Virus record (IMG/VR): IMGVR_UViG_3300045747_000694
Coordinates: 42,165 to 106,164 of that record
Strand: one strand, 5' to 3'
DNA: 64,000 bases
From: a virus
Both the position numbers and the translations under genes were made by a program. Positions 48,667 through 58,718 of the stretch are shown here, piece after piece; position 1 is the first letter of the stretch, and the number at the start of each line of letters is the position of its first letter. The notes beneath the pieces are model-generated. The model searched no databases. It was not told the DNA's origin and saw only the letters and a program-made list of their open reading frames with translations.

Positions 48667-49734
48667 CTACTCGATGTCGATGACGCGGCCGAACTGGCCC
48701 GCACGCACCGACCGAATGCCAGCCTGCTTCGCAGTCTCATCCACCGCCAGCTCGGACATCGCGGCGAGAAGGCTACGAACTTCATCCGTGGAGTGATTCA
48801 CCTGCTCCGCGGTGAGCTGCCAGTCGGTCTCTCCATTCCCGCCCTGCTTCAGGAACCGAGCGCGGATGGACTTGATGGTGTCCTCGAAGGTCGAGGTCCC
48901 CGAGAAGTTGACCGCCGAGAAGGTCTCGAAGGCCTCGAAGAGAGGCCGGAGGTTCTTGGGGTTCAGCTTGCCGTTGGTCTCGAGCAACCTCTTGGCCTGC
49001 GAGGCTGCCTCTCCGAGCTGCTGATGCATCATGACGGAGACCTCACTCACCCAGTGGTTGAGGTCCCGCCGCACCCTGTTCTGCTCCTGGAGCAGTGTCT
49101 CGGCATCCAGGGTGGTCATCGACTCCACGCCCTCGAGCGGCGTCATCTTGAACATGCGCCACTCGAAGTTGTACCGGCTACGCAGGTGCGAGACGTCCGG
49201 GTACAGGGTGCGGTTGATGGCCTCCTGCTGCTTCACCCACCCGTCGAGCTCCTTCACCTTCGCGGCGTATGCGTACGGGGCGACCTTGTTGGCCTCCTTG
49301 TCCGCGATGTTGCGCGCCTGCTGGGTGAGCTTCTCGAGCTGCTCCTCCTTGAAGCGAGGGTAGCCCGCGATGAGGTCGTCGACTGCGACGTCCCACTGCG
49401 CCTTGAACTCCTGGAGTCTCCTCAGCACCCCGCGCAGCGCGTGGTAGGAGACGTACTTCGCATTCCCGATGGGGAAGGGAACGGAGCGGTTGTCGAGGAA
49501 CCTCCTCGCATGCCCCTCGATGAACTGGAGACGCTCCTGGGCCTGACGTGGCAGGAGCTTCTTGTGCCCGATGTAGAAGGCACTCTTGTCGACCTCGTCG
49601 ATGAGGAGGTCGCTCTCGTTCATCTTCTTGTTCGCGGTCCAGCGACCGATGTAGAGGTGAAACAGCGTACCGGTGTCAAAGAGAACGCGAGTGATGCCGC
49701 TCTCCTGCCGGACGGACACAGGAGGGTTAGGCAC
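48667..49734 (-). CDS. hypothetical protein (355 aa)
   Basis: Complete ORF. Confidence 0.45.
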   Translation of the reverse strand: MPNPPVSVRQESGITRVLFDTGTLFHLYIGRWTANKKMNESDLLIDEVDKSAFYIGHKKLLPRQAQERLQFIEGHARRFLDNRSVPFPIGNAKYVSYHALRGVLRRLQEFKAQWDVAVDDLIAGYPRFKEEQLEKLTQQARNIADKEANKVAPYAYAAKVKELDGWVKQQEAINRTLYPDVSHLRSRYNFEWRMFKMTPLEGVESMTTLDAETLLQEQNRVRRDLNHWVSEVSVMMHQQLGEAASQAKRLLETNGKLNPKNLRPLFEAFETFSAVNFSGTSTFEDTIKSIRARFLKQGGNGETDWQLTAEQVNHSTDEVRSLLAAMSELAVDETAKQAGIRSVRAGQFGRVIDIE

Positions 49735-49736
49735 CC

Positions 49737-49940
49737 CTACCCCCCGGTGTGCGAGTGATCGTGCGACTCGATCTTCTGGCTGCCCTCGGGCTTCATGTCG
49801 CGCTTCTCCACCTTGCCGAGAGCGTCCTCGAGGGACTTGGTCTCCGCGAGGCAGGCGTTGCCCACGAAGCCACGGGTCGGCTCGGCCTTGACCGTGCCGT
49901 CCTTGGCGATGGTGACCTTGATCTCCTTCAGCGTTGCCAT
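49737..49940 (-). CDS. DUF2997-like small protein
   Basis: MATLKEIKVTIAKDGTVKAE...GNACLAETKSLEDALGKV. Confidence 0.5.
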   Translation of the reverse strand: MATLKEIKVTIAKDGTVKAEPTRGFVGNACLAETKSLEDALGKVEKRDMKPEGSQKIESHDHSHTGG

Positions 49941-49949
49941 GTTTCCTCC

Positions 49950-50504
49950 TTACAGCGTGATGACCCGGCCGTGCCGGATGCGGGTGTCGTTGCGCTGCGC
50001 TGCCTGAACATCTTCGTCGGAAGCCAGGCGCCGGCGCGGGCCGGTCTGCGCGGGGACTCCGGCGTCCATCTTCTCGAGCTCCTCACCGGCGCGGAAGCGC
50101 CTCATGATCCCGGCCACCTCGCTCTGGATGAGGTCGAGGTGCTTGCAGTGCCGGGGCTTGGGCAGCCCGGTCTCCTTGTCCTTGCGCTGGAAGACCCAAC
50201 CCATGCAGTTGCAGCGCAGGGTCCCGTCTTCCTCGAGGCGCGTCTCGTAGTTCACGATGAAGCCGCCCCTGGGCTGGCTCGAAGCGAACGCCCAGGTGTA
50301 GACCGGCTCCCCGTACTCTCTCTTGGCAGGATCGGTGTTGCTGGTGTCCCTGCCGGTCCTGACACCACGGCGTGGCATGATGATCTTCCTCCTCTGGCGT
50401 GAGGGGAGAGAGGCCGGCACCTCCTCTTCGAAGGGCCGGACCCTCTCCTCGTAGAGCCTGTGCGAGAGGTCGGCGATCTGGTCGATCACTCGCCTTCTCG
50501 GCAT
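49950..50504 (-). CDS. SWIM zinc-finger protein
   Basis: CNCMGWVFQRKDKETGLPKPRHCKH. Confidence 0.5.
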   Translation of the reverse strand: MPRRRVIDQIADLSHRLYEERVRPFEEEVPASLPSRQRRKIIMPRRGVRTGRDTSNTDPAKREYGEPVYTWAFASSQPRGGFIVNYETRLEEDGTLRCNCMGWVFQRKDKETGLPKPRHCKHLDLIQSEVAGIMRRFRAGEELEKMDAGVPAQTGPRRRLASDEDVQAAQRNDTRIRHGRVITL

Positions 50505-50510
50505 GGCTCC

Positions 50511-50939
50511 CTACCCGTAGCGCTGGAAGGTGAGCTCGACCTCGCCGGTCTTGAGCGCCACGCGGTTGGCCACCTGGTACCCCTTCTCGACGCAGTTCTT
50601 CACGGTGACCTTCTCCGCGTAGTACTGCGCGACGAGGTTCTGGTGCTCCATGGGGAAGCCGTCCATGTCGACGTGGACGTCGTACGTCCCCTCCTTGTTG
50701 CGCTCGTAGCCGAGGTCGTTGGACGCCACGTAGCGGCCGAGCTTCTCGCCCTGCGCCGCCTTGCGGACCACGATGTTGGCCTTGAGGTTCGACTTCTGCC
50801 CAGCGTAGTTGAGGAGGTCCACCTTCTTGTCCCCATGGGACTCGACCTTGCCCTCACCGAAGTGCTGGACCAGCGCTGCCACCAGCTCAGCCTCGAACTT
50901 CTGCTGAGCCTGGATGTTCAACTTCACGTAGTGGGACAC
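50511..50939 (-). CDS. DUF1257 (Ycf35-like) protein
   Basis: MSHYVKLNIQAQQ..., overall Ycf35 pattern. Confidence 0.55.
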   Translation of the reverse strand: MSHYVKLNIQAQQKFEAELVAALVQHFGEGKVESHGDKKVDLLNYAGQKSNLKANIVVRKAAQGEKLGRYVASNDLGYERNKEGTYDVHVDMDGFPMEHQNLVAQYYAEKVTVKNCVEKGYQVANRVALKTGEVELTFQRYG

Positions 50940-50985
50940 TGCGTTCTCCTTTCGTGAGACAGGATGCTACTGCGGGGGTACGACA

Positions 50986-52581
50986 TCAGGCGTCGATGCG
51001 GCGACCAGCGGTGCCGACCTGCGTCTGGGCGACGACCTCCTTGCGATTGGCCGGGCGGGTGCGAGCAGCGCACCAGTTGCGGAGGAGCTGGAGCCTCTCC
51101 AGCATCGTCTTGGCGATGGGCTGCGTGGAGTCGAAGGCGTCCTGGAGGTCCACGGCGTTGAGGTCCCTGCCGTGGTGGTAGGCGACCCGCATGGCCTGCT
51201 CGATGGCTCCGTCGATCTCGGCGCCAGTGAAGTCCTGGCTGGTCTCGCCGGCGAAGTGGTCGAGGTCGATCTTGGGCTTCGCGGTACCGTTGACCTGGTA
51301 GAGCGCCTCCCGGTTGCGCCGCTTGATGTGGATGGCGAGGATCTCCTTCCGCTCCTTCTTGGTCGGGAGGTCGATGGAGAACATCTCGTCGAAGCGGCCC
51401 TTGCGGAGGAGCTCCGGGGGCAGCATCGTCACGTCGTTGGCGGTGGCCACCACGAAGACCGGGCTGGTCTTCTCCTGCATCCAGGTGAGCAGCGTGCCGA
51501 GCACGCGCGCCGAGACGCCGGAGTCACCGGAGCCGCCTGAGGCACCCGCGGCCCCCTTCTCGATCTCGTCGAGCCAGAGGACGCAGGGGGACATCGCTTC
51601 CGCGAGGCGGATGGCCATGCGGATGTTGGCCTCGGAGGAGCCGACGAGGGACTGGTAGAGCTTGCCCATGTCGAGCTTCAGCAGCGGCTTGCCCAGCGCG
51701 GCCGCGGCCACCTTCGAGAAGAGCGACTTGCCGGTGCCGGGAGGGCCGACCAGCAGGACGCCCTTGGGGTACGCCAGGCCGAAGTCGAGCGCCTCCTTCG
51801 TGAAGGCGCGCTGGAGTGGCCGCACCCAGTCCTTCAGCTCCTCCATGCCGCCGATGACCTCGAGGCCGGCGGGCACGTCGCGGATGTACTCGAGCAGCTG
51901 GCTCTTGCGCAGCGCGAAGCACTTCTCCCGGATGACGATGGCCGGGTCCCACAGGTCCTCGAGCTTCCGCTTCCCCTGCTTCCGGGGCTCGATGATGGAC
52001 AGCGTGAAGGCGTTCTCAGCCTCCTGCGTGGTGAGCCCCTTGGCGGCGTCGATGAGGAGCTTCTTGCGGTCCGCATCGGGACGCTTGTCGGCGGTGATGC
52101 CGGAGGCCTCGAAGATGCCGTCCAGCACCGCGGTGAGGCTCTCCTCGTCCGGGAGCGGAGCCTCGAGCAGCGTGATCTCCTTCTCGACCTCCGGCGGCAG
52201 GACGATGACGGGGGAGAGGATGATGATCATCTTCCTCGTCAGCTTCATCTCGGGGATGACGTCCAGGAGCAGCGCCTGCACGTTGAGATCCGGGAGGAAG
52301 TGGTGGAACTGACGGAGGACCAGGATGGAGTCCTGCGGGAGGTCCTTGATCTTCTCCAGGGCGGTGGTCGGCATCCCGGTTCCCGTGAGGGGAGCCGTGG
52401 TGCGCCTGGAGTCCTCGATGATGCCCTTGTTGATGGTCCAGAAGTACATCTTGCGCTTCAGGACGTCCGCCGCCTGGCGGATCTCCCGCAGCGTCCTCTG
52501 GTCCTCGAGGCTCTGGAGGTAGATGGCGGCGTAGCCCGCCTTCCCTCTCACCTCGAGGAGGTCGATCAGCTTCTCGGTCAC
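50986..52581 (-). CDS. AAA+ ATPase (Ycf46-like)
   Basis: Walker A GPPGTGKS, Walker [10 protein letters not shown], a second region with arginine finger. ~530 aa. Confidence 0.8.
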   Translation of the reverse strand: MTEKLIDLLEVRGKAGYAAIYLQSLEDQRTLREIRQAADVLKRKMYFWTINKGIIEDSRRTTAPLTGTGMPTTALEKIKDLPQDSILVLRQFHHFLPDLNVQALLLDVIPEMKLTRKMIIILSPVIVLPPEVEKEITLLEAPLPDEESLTAVLDGIFEASGITADKRPDADRKKLLIDAAKGLTTQEAENAFTLSIIEPRKQGKRKLEDLWDPAIVIREKCFALRKSQLLEYIRDVPAGLEVIGGMEELKDWVRPLQRAFTKEALDFGLAYPKGVLLVGPPGTGKSLFSKVAAAALGKPLLKLDMGKLYQSLVGSSEANIRMAIRLAEAMSPCVLWLDEIEKGAAGASGGSGDSGVSARVLGTLLTWMQEKTSPVFVVATANDVTMLPPELLRKGRFDEMFSIDLPTKKERKEILAIHIKRRNREALYQVNGTAKPKIDLDHFAGETSQDFTGAEIDGAIEQAMRVAYHHGRDLNAVDLQDAFDSTQPIAKTMLERLQLLRNWCAARTRPANRKEVVAQTQVGTAGRRIDA

Positions 52582-52919
52582 GTGGTCTTCTCCTCTTCCT
52601 TCTTGCTGTAGATCTTGGGGTTCCCCCAGAACCAGGGGTGGGGCATGGCGATGAACGGGACGACGTGCACCATCCGCACCTTGCAGTGGGGGCAGTGGAA
52701 CGGCTCCTCGGCGCCCCGGTAGTTATCGGGGTCGTAGTCCTCGCCGACGGCCTCGTAGTAGTTGACGAGCTCGGCGCAGGACCAGCACGGCGACTGGATG
52801 ATGTGCAGCGCCGCGATGTACGCACGCTGCTTCTCGATGCCGGTCAGGAGCCGCGGCTTGTCGAGGTAGTCCTGCGCCATCCGTGTTGCGTTGGCGATGA
52901 TCTCCGGCTTGGCTGCCAT
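52578..52919 (-). CDS. hypothetical protein
   Basis: CWSC...CPHC. Confidence 0.45.
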   Translation of the reverse strand: MAAKPEIIANATRMAQDYLDKPRLLTGIEKQRAYIAALHIIQSPCWSCAELVNYYEAVGEDYDPDNYRGAEEPFHCPHCKVRMVHVVPFIAMPHPWFWGNPKIYSKKEEEKTT

Positions 52920-53372
52920 CTATCCTCCGAACAGCTTCGAGGCCTTCTCGTCCTCGGTCATGGGTGGTGGCGGCCACTTCGATGGGCCCCAGAGGCCCTT
53001 CAGGTCGCCGGCGCAGATGAGGGTCAGCTCGTGAGGCGTCGGTCGACGCCACGCGCCGTGCTTCTCGTAGATGGGCTCCGCCCCTTCGTCGACGCCTTCG
53101 GAGGTGCGTCCGTCCGTCCAGAACGGCGTCCCTTCCCAGACCCAGAAGCCAGGCTCCTCTGGAGCGAGGCCAGTGGGTCCTGCTTCGTCACGACCGAGCC
53201 CGGCATCGAGGTCTCCCTCGACTCCGTACCCGACGCCGTGGATGAGGAACGAGCCTCCCCCGATGGGAACGAGGACGAGAGCGTGTTCCTTCTTCGCCTC
53301 TTCGGCCTTCTGGCACTCCTCACACTCTTCGATCGGATGGCCGTGCTTCTTGCAGCGACTTCTGTTGGTCAC
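52920..53372 (-). CDS. hypothetical protein
   Basis: Complete ORF. Confidence 0.45.
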   Translation of the reverse strand: MTNRSRCKKHGHPIEECEECQKAEEAKKEHALVLVPIGGGSFLIHGVGYGVEGDLDAGLGRDEAGPTGLAPEEPGFWVWEGTPFWTDGRTSEGVDEGAEPIYEKHGAWRRPTPHELTLICAGDLKGLWGPSKWPPPPMTEDEKASKLFGG

Positions 53373-53746
53373 GTGGACCTCAAGATGCCGGAGACGATGG
53401 CGTTGATCTCCTTCAGCGCCCTCTCTGCGGCCTCGATCTCGCCGTTCTGGCTCTCCGTCCAGTTGATGATGTTCTGGAGGTCAGCCTTGGCGACGAGGAA
53501 CTTGTCCTTCCTGACCCTGATGGGCATGGCATCGCAGAGGGACTCGGGCCAGCCGAGCGCCTTCTTCACCATGTTGCCGCCCTGCGCTGCCTGGAGGCAG
53601 TCGACCTTCGTCTTCCCGTAGGTGACGACGTGGGTCATGTGCTCCGACTTCTTCGTGTCGCGCTCGTAGGCGACCATGATGACCTGGTCGAGCTTGAACT
53701 CCCTGGCGATGTCCTTCACCACTCGAATCGGGATGCGCTTGTTCAT
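53369..53746 (-). CDS. hypothetical protein
   Basis: Internal Met MNKRIP. Confidence 0.4.
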   Translation of the reverse strand: MNKRIPIRVVKDIAREFKLDQVIMVAYERDTKKSEHMTHVVTYGKTKVDCLQAAQGGNMVKKALGWPESLCDAMPIRVRKDKFLVAKADLQNIINWTESQNGEIEAAERALKEINAIVSGILRST

Positions 53747-54030
53747 GGTGCGTGCTCCGGATCGACGTTGGGCCCCTTCGGCTTGATGGAGCCGGCCAGG
53801 CGGAAGAGCTCCAGCAGGTTGGTGCCGCACCACGGGCAGAACGTCACCACCAGCCCGCGGTCCGACTCCTTCATCTTGTACGTGACGCCCAGGCGGATGT
53901 TCTTGCCCGTCCGCATGTGGGTGAGGACGAGAGCGGTGAGCCCCTTGCCGTGGTTGGCCTCGGGGTTCAGCCTCTCGTCGAGTCGAGTGCAGAAGCTGCG
54001 ACGAGTGCACTTGGGCCGATGCTTAGCCAA
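53743..54030 (-). CDS. hypothetical protein (TTG start after GGAGG)
   Basis: LAKHRPKCTRRSF... Confidence 0.35.
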   Translation of the reverse strand: MAKHRPKCTRRSFCTRLDERLNPEANHGKGLTALVLTHMRTGKNIRLGVTYKMKESDRGLVVTFCPWCGTNLLELFRLAGSIKPKGPNVDPEHAP

Positions 54031-54574
54031 GCGGAACCTCCTTGCAGGGGTTGGGGCCCGTGTGCTGTGGGCAGTCGCACTGCCAGCCCTCTGGCCACGG
54101 CTGCCCGTTGGCGAGCTTGCCCTCCCGACAGGAGCAGCCGGACCAGTTGCCGTCTCCGAGGTCGATGCCCTGGCAGTTGACGGGGCATGCAGCCGGCGGC
54201 TCACCGTAGCGACAGGTCATGCAGCCGACCTGCTGGTGAGTGGGGCAGGGGCTCTTCTCCCAGCCGAGCAGCTCCCAGAAGAAGCGGACCTCGGCCTCGA
54301 GAGCTGCCTCGCGAGAGGTGAAGACGGCGATCTGGCCCTCGTAGGCAACGACCTGACGGAAGGCGCCGTCCTTGATGACGAGACGGATGGCGAGGCCGGA
54401 CTCGAGAGCAGAGCGAACCGTCCAGCCCACCTCACTGCTGACCTCCTCGAACTCGACGTGGGAGGCGCGCTTCACGGTGGTCACCTTGGCCCCAAGGGTC
54501 TCGGCGATGCCGTCGTGGTAGATGCCGTCTACTGAGCCGTCAGCGGTGACGCGGACCTTGAAGGTCTCCTTCAT
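54023..54574 (-). CDS. hypothetical protein with Cys-rich C-terminus
   Basis: Internal Met MKETFK. Confidence 0.4.
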   Translation of the reverse strand: MKETFKVRVTADGSVDGIYHDGIAETLGAKVTTVKRASHVEFEEVSSEVGWTVRSALESGLAIRLVIKDGAFRQVVAYEGQIAVFTSREAALEAEVRFFWELLGWEKSPCPTHQQVGCMTCRYGEPPAACPVNCQGIDLGDGNWSGCSCREGKLANGQPWPEGWQCDCPQHTGPNPCKEVPLG

Positions 54575-54855
54575 GGCTCGGCCTTCTCGTACGTGGCGGC
54601 GAAGATGTCCCCCTTGCAGGGGTAGATCTCGCCCTTCACGCCCGTGATGAGCATGTCTCCACGCTGCATCTTCATGGTGCCCTCCAGCGTGGTGACCAGG
54701 TAGCAGTCGTCGTTCTCGTGCGTGATGGGGTGGCCGTTGTAGACGAAGGACCACGGATACCCACCGATGAGGCCACGGCTTACCGAGATCCCGTAGGCGA
54801 CGAGCTCGTCGAAGGTGATGGCTTCGATCACAACCGGCTTCTTGCGGAACTTCAT
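54571..54855 (-). CDS. hypothetical protein
   Basis: Complete ORF. Confidence 0.45.
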   Translation of the reverse strand: MKFRKKPVVIEAITFDELVAYGISVSRGLIGGYPWSFVYNGHPITHENDDCYLVTTLEGTMKMQRGDMLITGVKGEIYPCKGDIFAATYEKAEP

Positions 54856-55472
54856 GACTTCCTCGCTCCGAAGACCTTCACGATGTTGTCGAAGATCTCC
54901 TTGTCGGTGACGGCGATGAACGGTTCTCCACTGGTGACGCTGAGCCAGCCGATCTTCTTCCTGTCGTAGTCGGCGACGGGGTCGAAGATCTGGGTGCCCT
55001 GCGGGTTCTCCTTACACTGCTGCTTGCCCCGCGCCACGAGGACGATGACCTTGGCCACCTGGTCCTCGTCGCCCTTCCGGCAGATGAAGTAGACCGGGGT
55101 GTCGCCAGGCTTCGGCAGCGTGCTCTTGTCGCCACGCTTCTTCACGGTGGGGTCGTAGTTGGAGTTCCCCCGCGACCACTTGTTGAGCTCGATGTCCTTG
55201 GCGTCGACCGTGATGGACCCGATGACGAGCTTCTTGGCCTTGCGGAGGTTGATGATCTCCTCGAGGGCCTTGGCCGGGGCGCCGAACTCGTACTCGGCGG
55301 AGCCCATGTACTCGAAGCCGAAGAGCTCGTGGAGAACGTCCCAGGCCAGCTTCGAGATCCCCGACCCGCCACCGCCGAAGCTCATGGTCTGGGCGAGCTT
55401 GCTGAACTTGTCCGACTTCGGCGGGCGAGTGATGACCTGCAACAGCCAGCCGCGGTACCCTTCGTCAGTCAT
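54852..55472 (-). CDS. hypothetical protein
   Basis: Internal Met MTDEGYRG. Confidence 0.4.
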   Translation of the reverse strand: MTDEGYRGWLLQVITRPPKSDKFSKLAQTMSFGGGGSGISKLAWDVLHELFGFEYMGSAEYEFGAPAKALEEIINLRKAKKLVIGSITVDAKDIELNKWSRGNSNYDPTVKKRGDKSTLPKPGDTPVYFICRKGDEDQVAKVIVLVARGKQQCKENPQGTQIFDPVADYDRKKIGWLSVTSGEPFIAVTDKEIFDNIVKVFGARKS

Positions 55473-55546
55473 GGTTGGGATGTAACAGAAGAGCCCGACA
55501 GAACCTTGCGGTCCCATCGGGCTCCCTCTGCCTGTTGGTGGTTGGA

Positions 55547-55963
55547 CTACAGCGCCCTGACGCTCTTCCCCTTCACGGCCGGGGTGAGGTGTCGCTGGTC
55601 GAGAACCGTGGTGGAGCTTCGGTAGTCGGGGCAGTGCTTGTCGTAGTTCCGGTTCAGGCACCTCATGTGCTTGTCCCGGAACTTGTTGCGGACGGCGAGG
55701 TAGCGGCGACGGCTGCCGCTCTCGTCGTAGATGAGGAGCATCGACTCGCCACAGCTGTGGCAGACGAACTCGATGCGCCCCTCTCCGTCCCTCGCGTACT
55801 CGTCGTCATCCGTCAGGAAGTGCAGGTGGACCTGAGGGGATCCAGCAAGGAACTCGACCTTGAACAGCTGGCTCGCGTGACCGCAGCCAAAGACCTGCGC
55901 TCCCATGTGTGCCTCCTTGCGTGGCTTCATTGTGACGCCAGGGGGCTCAACGTTGGAAGGCAT
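55547..55963 (-). CDS. hypothetical Cys/His-containing protein (start uncertain)
   Basis: Complete ORF. Confidence 0.35.
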   Translation of the reverse strand: MPSNVEPPGVTMKPRKEAHMGAQVFGCGHASQLFKVEFLAGSPQVHLHFLTDDDEYARDGEGRIEFVCHSCGESMLLIYDESGSRRRYLAVRNKFRDKHMRCLNRNYDKHCPDYRSSTTVLDQRHLTPAVKGKSVRAL

Positions 55964-55971
55964 TCGTTCAC

Positions 55972-57204
55972 CTAGTCCTCGATGTCGATGATGCGGCCAG
56001 GAAGGAACCGCTTCTCGGGTGTGATGATCTCCTTCTGTGTGGGCTCTTGTGGGACAGCCGCCATTCCCGTATCGGCGCTGAGGACCTCCCCGTACAGGTT
56101 GCGAAGGTCCTCATCCGAGATGCCGTTGCGGTCGACGTACTGGCGAGAGGTCTCGTCCGCTCCGACGGCGAAGTCGATGCCGATGTAGTCGGCGGCCCGA
56201 GGCAGCCGGATGGTGGCCTCGACGTTCATGACCCCATGCCGCCGGAGCCGCTCCATCGTTGCTTGTGCTTCTGCTTCGATGCGCGCTCGCGCCTGCGGGG
56301 TGTCCCGCTCTCCGACGAACCCCTGCAAACGCTCAGCGAGAGCACGCTGAGCGAAGGCGATGGAGCCGGCGGCATCTCCTACGGAAGGAAGGGTTGGAGG
56401 CTCCTCCGGTGCCGCGGTGTACTGCTCGTAGAAGATGTCGTTGTTGACGTTCATCGCTGCACGGAGGTTCTGCTGGCGAGCAGCCTCGGCTTCGCGGCCC
56501 CCGGCGAGCAGTCGTGTCTGCTGAGCTTCTTGCAAGAACTCTCTCGGTACCTGCATCGCGCCCAGCATGGTCCTCCGGGCAGCATCCTGCTGCTCTCTCA
56601 TCCGGGCTTCGTCTGCGGGCGAGGCCGTCATGGGTCGGAAGATCTCCATCAGGAGCTGAGACCCTCCCCGCTGCGGAGTGGGGCGCTCGAGGGCGCGAGC
56701 CTGGTCCCAGATCTCGAGAGGCACGGGGAGGATCTCGGTACGCACTCTCTTGCGGCGAGCGTACTCGATGCAGTTGGCAGTCCCTCCTACCGACCCGTTC
56801 CAGACGGCAAGGAGGAGGGAGGCATTGTCCACCATCCAGGCGTTGCGACGGTAGAGGAGGTTGGCGCGGTACTCGTGGGTGTCGGTAACGACGTGAACGC
56901 TGTCGGCCTCGTTGAGGAGGCGCTGGTAGTGACGCCTCGAGGCGTCAGGCCACCGGCTGTCCCACCCGTGGAAGGGCACGACAGCAGTCCACTTGATCCT
57001 CTCCTCGATGCAGATCTCCGCCGCCCACTGGTCCACTCCGAGCGCCATGCCGGAGAGGATCATCAGCTCATCCCCCGTGCTGACCCTGTCGGCCTGCTCA
57101 CGGAAGGCAGTACGAAGCACCGCCTTCACGTTCAGGTAGATGGGATTCGGAAGGTAGTAGCCGCCAAGCTTCGGCGGCCGGTGACCTGTGATGGCGACGA
57201 TCAT
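55972..57204 (-). CDS. YpsA/DUF1273-type SLOG-domain protein with Gln/Ala/Arg-rich C-terminal extension
   Basis: MIVAITGHRPPKLGG matches the YpsA MKVLAITGYKPFELG. Confidence 0.5.
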   Translation of the reverse strand: MIVAITGHRPPKLGGYYLPNPIYLNVKAVLRTAFREQADRVSTGDELMILSGMALGVDQWAAEICIEERIKWTAVVPFHGWDSRWPDASRRHYQRLLNEADSVHVVTDTHEYRANLLYRRNAWMVDNASLLLAVWNGSVGGTANCIEYARRKRVRTEILPVPLEIWDQARALERPTPQRGGSQLLMEIFRPMTASPADEARMREQQDAARRTMLGAMQVPREFLQEAQQTRLLAGGREAEAARQQNLRAAMNVNNDIFYEQYTAAPEEPPTLPSVGDAAGSIAFAQRALAERLQGFVGERDTPQARARIEAEAQATMERLRRHGVMNVEATIRLPRAADYIGIDFAVGADETSRQYVDRNGISDEDLRNLYGEVLSADTGMAAVPQEPTQKEIITPEKRFLPGRIIDIED

Positions 57205-57205
57205 C

Positions 57206-58600
57206 TCACAGTCTCTCGTTCACGCACTCGTTGGGCAGCTTGTCCGTGCGAATGTAGTTGTCCGGGTCGATGGCAGGGAAGTCTAGCGCGTTGGTGTCGT
57301 CCCCGTCCGTGACGTACCTGCGCCCCTTGTACTCGACTCGCCAGACCTGCGGCCACAGCTTCGGGTCCGTGAGGGTGGCGAGCATCTCCTTGGTGAGGCC
57401 GGAGTTCACGTTGGCGATGAAGACCAGCACACCCTTCGTGTCGTACTGGTAGAGGCCGACGCTCTTGATGCCGCCGGCGCGGGAGCCCTTCTGCGACCGC
57501 TCTCCGTAGCCCTTGTCCGGGTCCCAGATGGCGATGAAGTCGTCCTCGAAGGTCGGCTTCAGCTTGGCGCAGGCGGTGCCGGGACGGTCCGGCTTCCCCT
57601 TGAAGTTGTACGACTTGTCGCCGTAGCCCGGAGCGTCCGGGTCGATGACGACGAAGCCCTCCCAGTTGTTCTTCTTGGCGAACTCGACGGCGTCATCGGG
57701 GGTAGGGAAGCTAAGACGAACGAGCGCCTCGACGTGCTTGCTGCTGGCACGCTCCTCGAGGTTGTCGATGTTGATGACCCGCTCGCGCATGGGCTGCGTG
57801 CTGACGAGGTCCACGCCGCCGAAGAACGGGATGTCCCAGCAGTAGAAGAAGGGCCACAGCCCACTCTTCTCCATGTCGGCCACGGCCTTCGGGGTGAGGC
57901 TCTTGATGTAGCTCTGGGCGAGGTCGAACCGCTCCTTGGCGATCTCGCCCTTGAAGCGGACCTCGTCCTCGACCACGAGCTCCCCCAGCAGGATGGTGCG
58001 CGGAGGGATGTGGGGCTCGATGGCCGCGATGAGGTGCGGGAACCTGTCGTCCCAGGTGAACTCGGTGTCGGTCTCGTCATCGTGCTGACGGAGCATCCGG
58101 CGCGAGTAGATCTGGAGGTCCCCATCGTTGTTCTTGCAGAGGATGGTCGCCATGCCGTTGCGCTTGCGCGTGTACCAGCACAGCCCCGCCCTTGCCTTCT
58201 TCTCGATGCCGGCTCCCATCGAGTTGTCTGGCTTGTAGAAGCTGAGCGACAGTGGGAGGTTGTCGAAGTCGACCTTCGACTCCACGATGGGGTCGAGGTA
58301 CGCCCCACCCGTGTCGGTGGAGATCGTCTCCCGGTAGCCCTCCCAGTTCTTCTTCCTGCACATCTCCCTGGCCCGATCCAAAGCGTAAGCGGAGGGACTG
58401 AGGGCGTTCGCCTTGCCGACGTTCACACCCGCGAAGTGTTCGGTGACGGTCTGCATCTTGCCGCCAGCCAGTCCCCACGTGGTGCGTACGGAGTTCCCGA
58501 TCACCTCCAGCTCCCAGATGCGGGTGCCGGTGCGGGAGTGAAGCTGGTGGAAGGTTCTCTTCTCGCCCTTCCAAGCTGCGCTGCGCTGCTCGAAGTTCAT
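57206..58600 (-). CDS. ATP-dependent (T7-type) DNA ligase-like nucleotidyltransferase
   Basis: EGFVVIDPDAPGYGDKSYNFKGKPDRPGTACAKLKP matches T7 ligase EGLIIKDP...WWKMKP (motifs IV and V). Putative motif I reads KRNG instead of KxDG. Confidence 0.5.
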   Translation of the reverse strand: MNFEQRSAAWKGEKRTFHQLHSRTGTRIWELEVIGNSVRTTWGLAGGKMQTVTEHFAGVNVGKANALSPSAYALDRAREMCRKKNWEGYRETISTDTGGAYLDPIVESKVDFDNLPLSLSFYKPDNSMGAGIEKKARAGLCWYTRKRNGMATILCKNNDGDLQIYSRRMLRQHDDETDTEFTWDDRFPHLIAAIEPHIPPRTILLGELVVEDEVRFKGEIAKERFDLAQSYIKSLTPKAVADMEKSGLWPFFYCWDIPFFGGVDLVSTQPMRERVINIDNLEERASSKHVEALVRLSFPTPDDAVEFAKKNNWEGFVVIDPDAPGYGDKSYNFKGKPDRPGTACAKLKPTFEDDFIAIWDPDKGYGERSQKGSRAGGIKSVGLYQYDTKGVLVFIANVNSGLTKEMLATLTDPKLWPQVWRVEYKGRRYVTDGDDTNALDFPAIDPDNYIRTDKLPNECVNERL

Positions 58601-58718
58601 GAGCCCCTCAAGAGGTAGGATAGCTTGTACACTTGTCCGTTGACGAAGTCCTTATGCCGTGAGAACGTCCAATCTTGACCTGCCGCTCTGACGGTGGCAT
58701 CTACTGCTCGAGGACTTC

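Noticed and set aside
57206-58600. Initial impression of a terminase large subunit
   Set aside because: No Walker A/B ATPase motifs. Motifs match the T7-type ligase nucleotidyltransferase fold instead.
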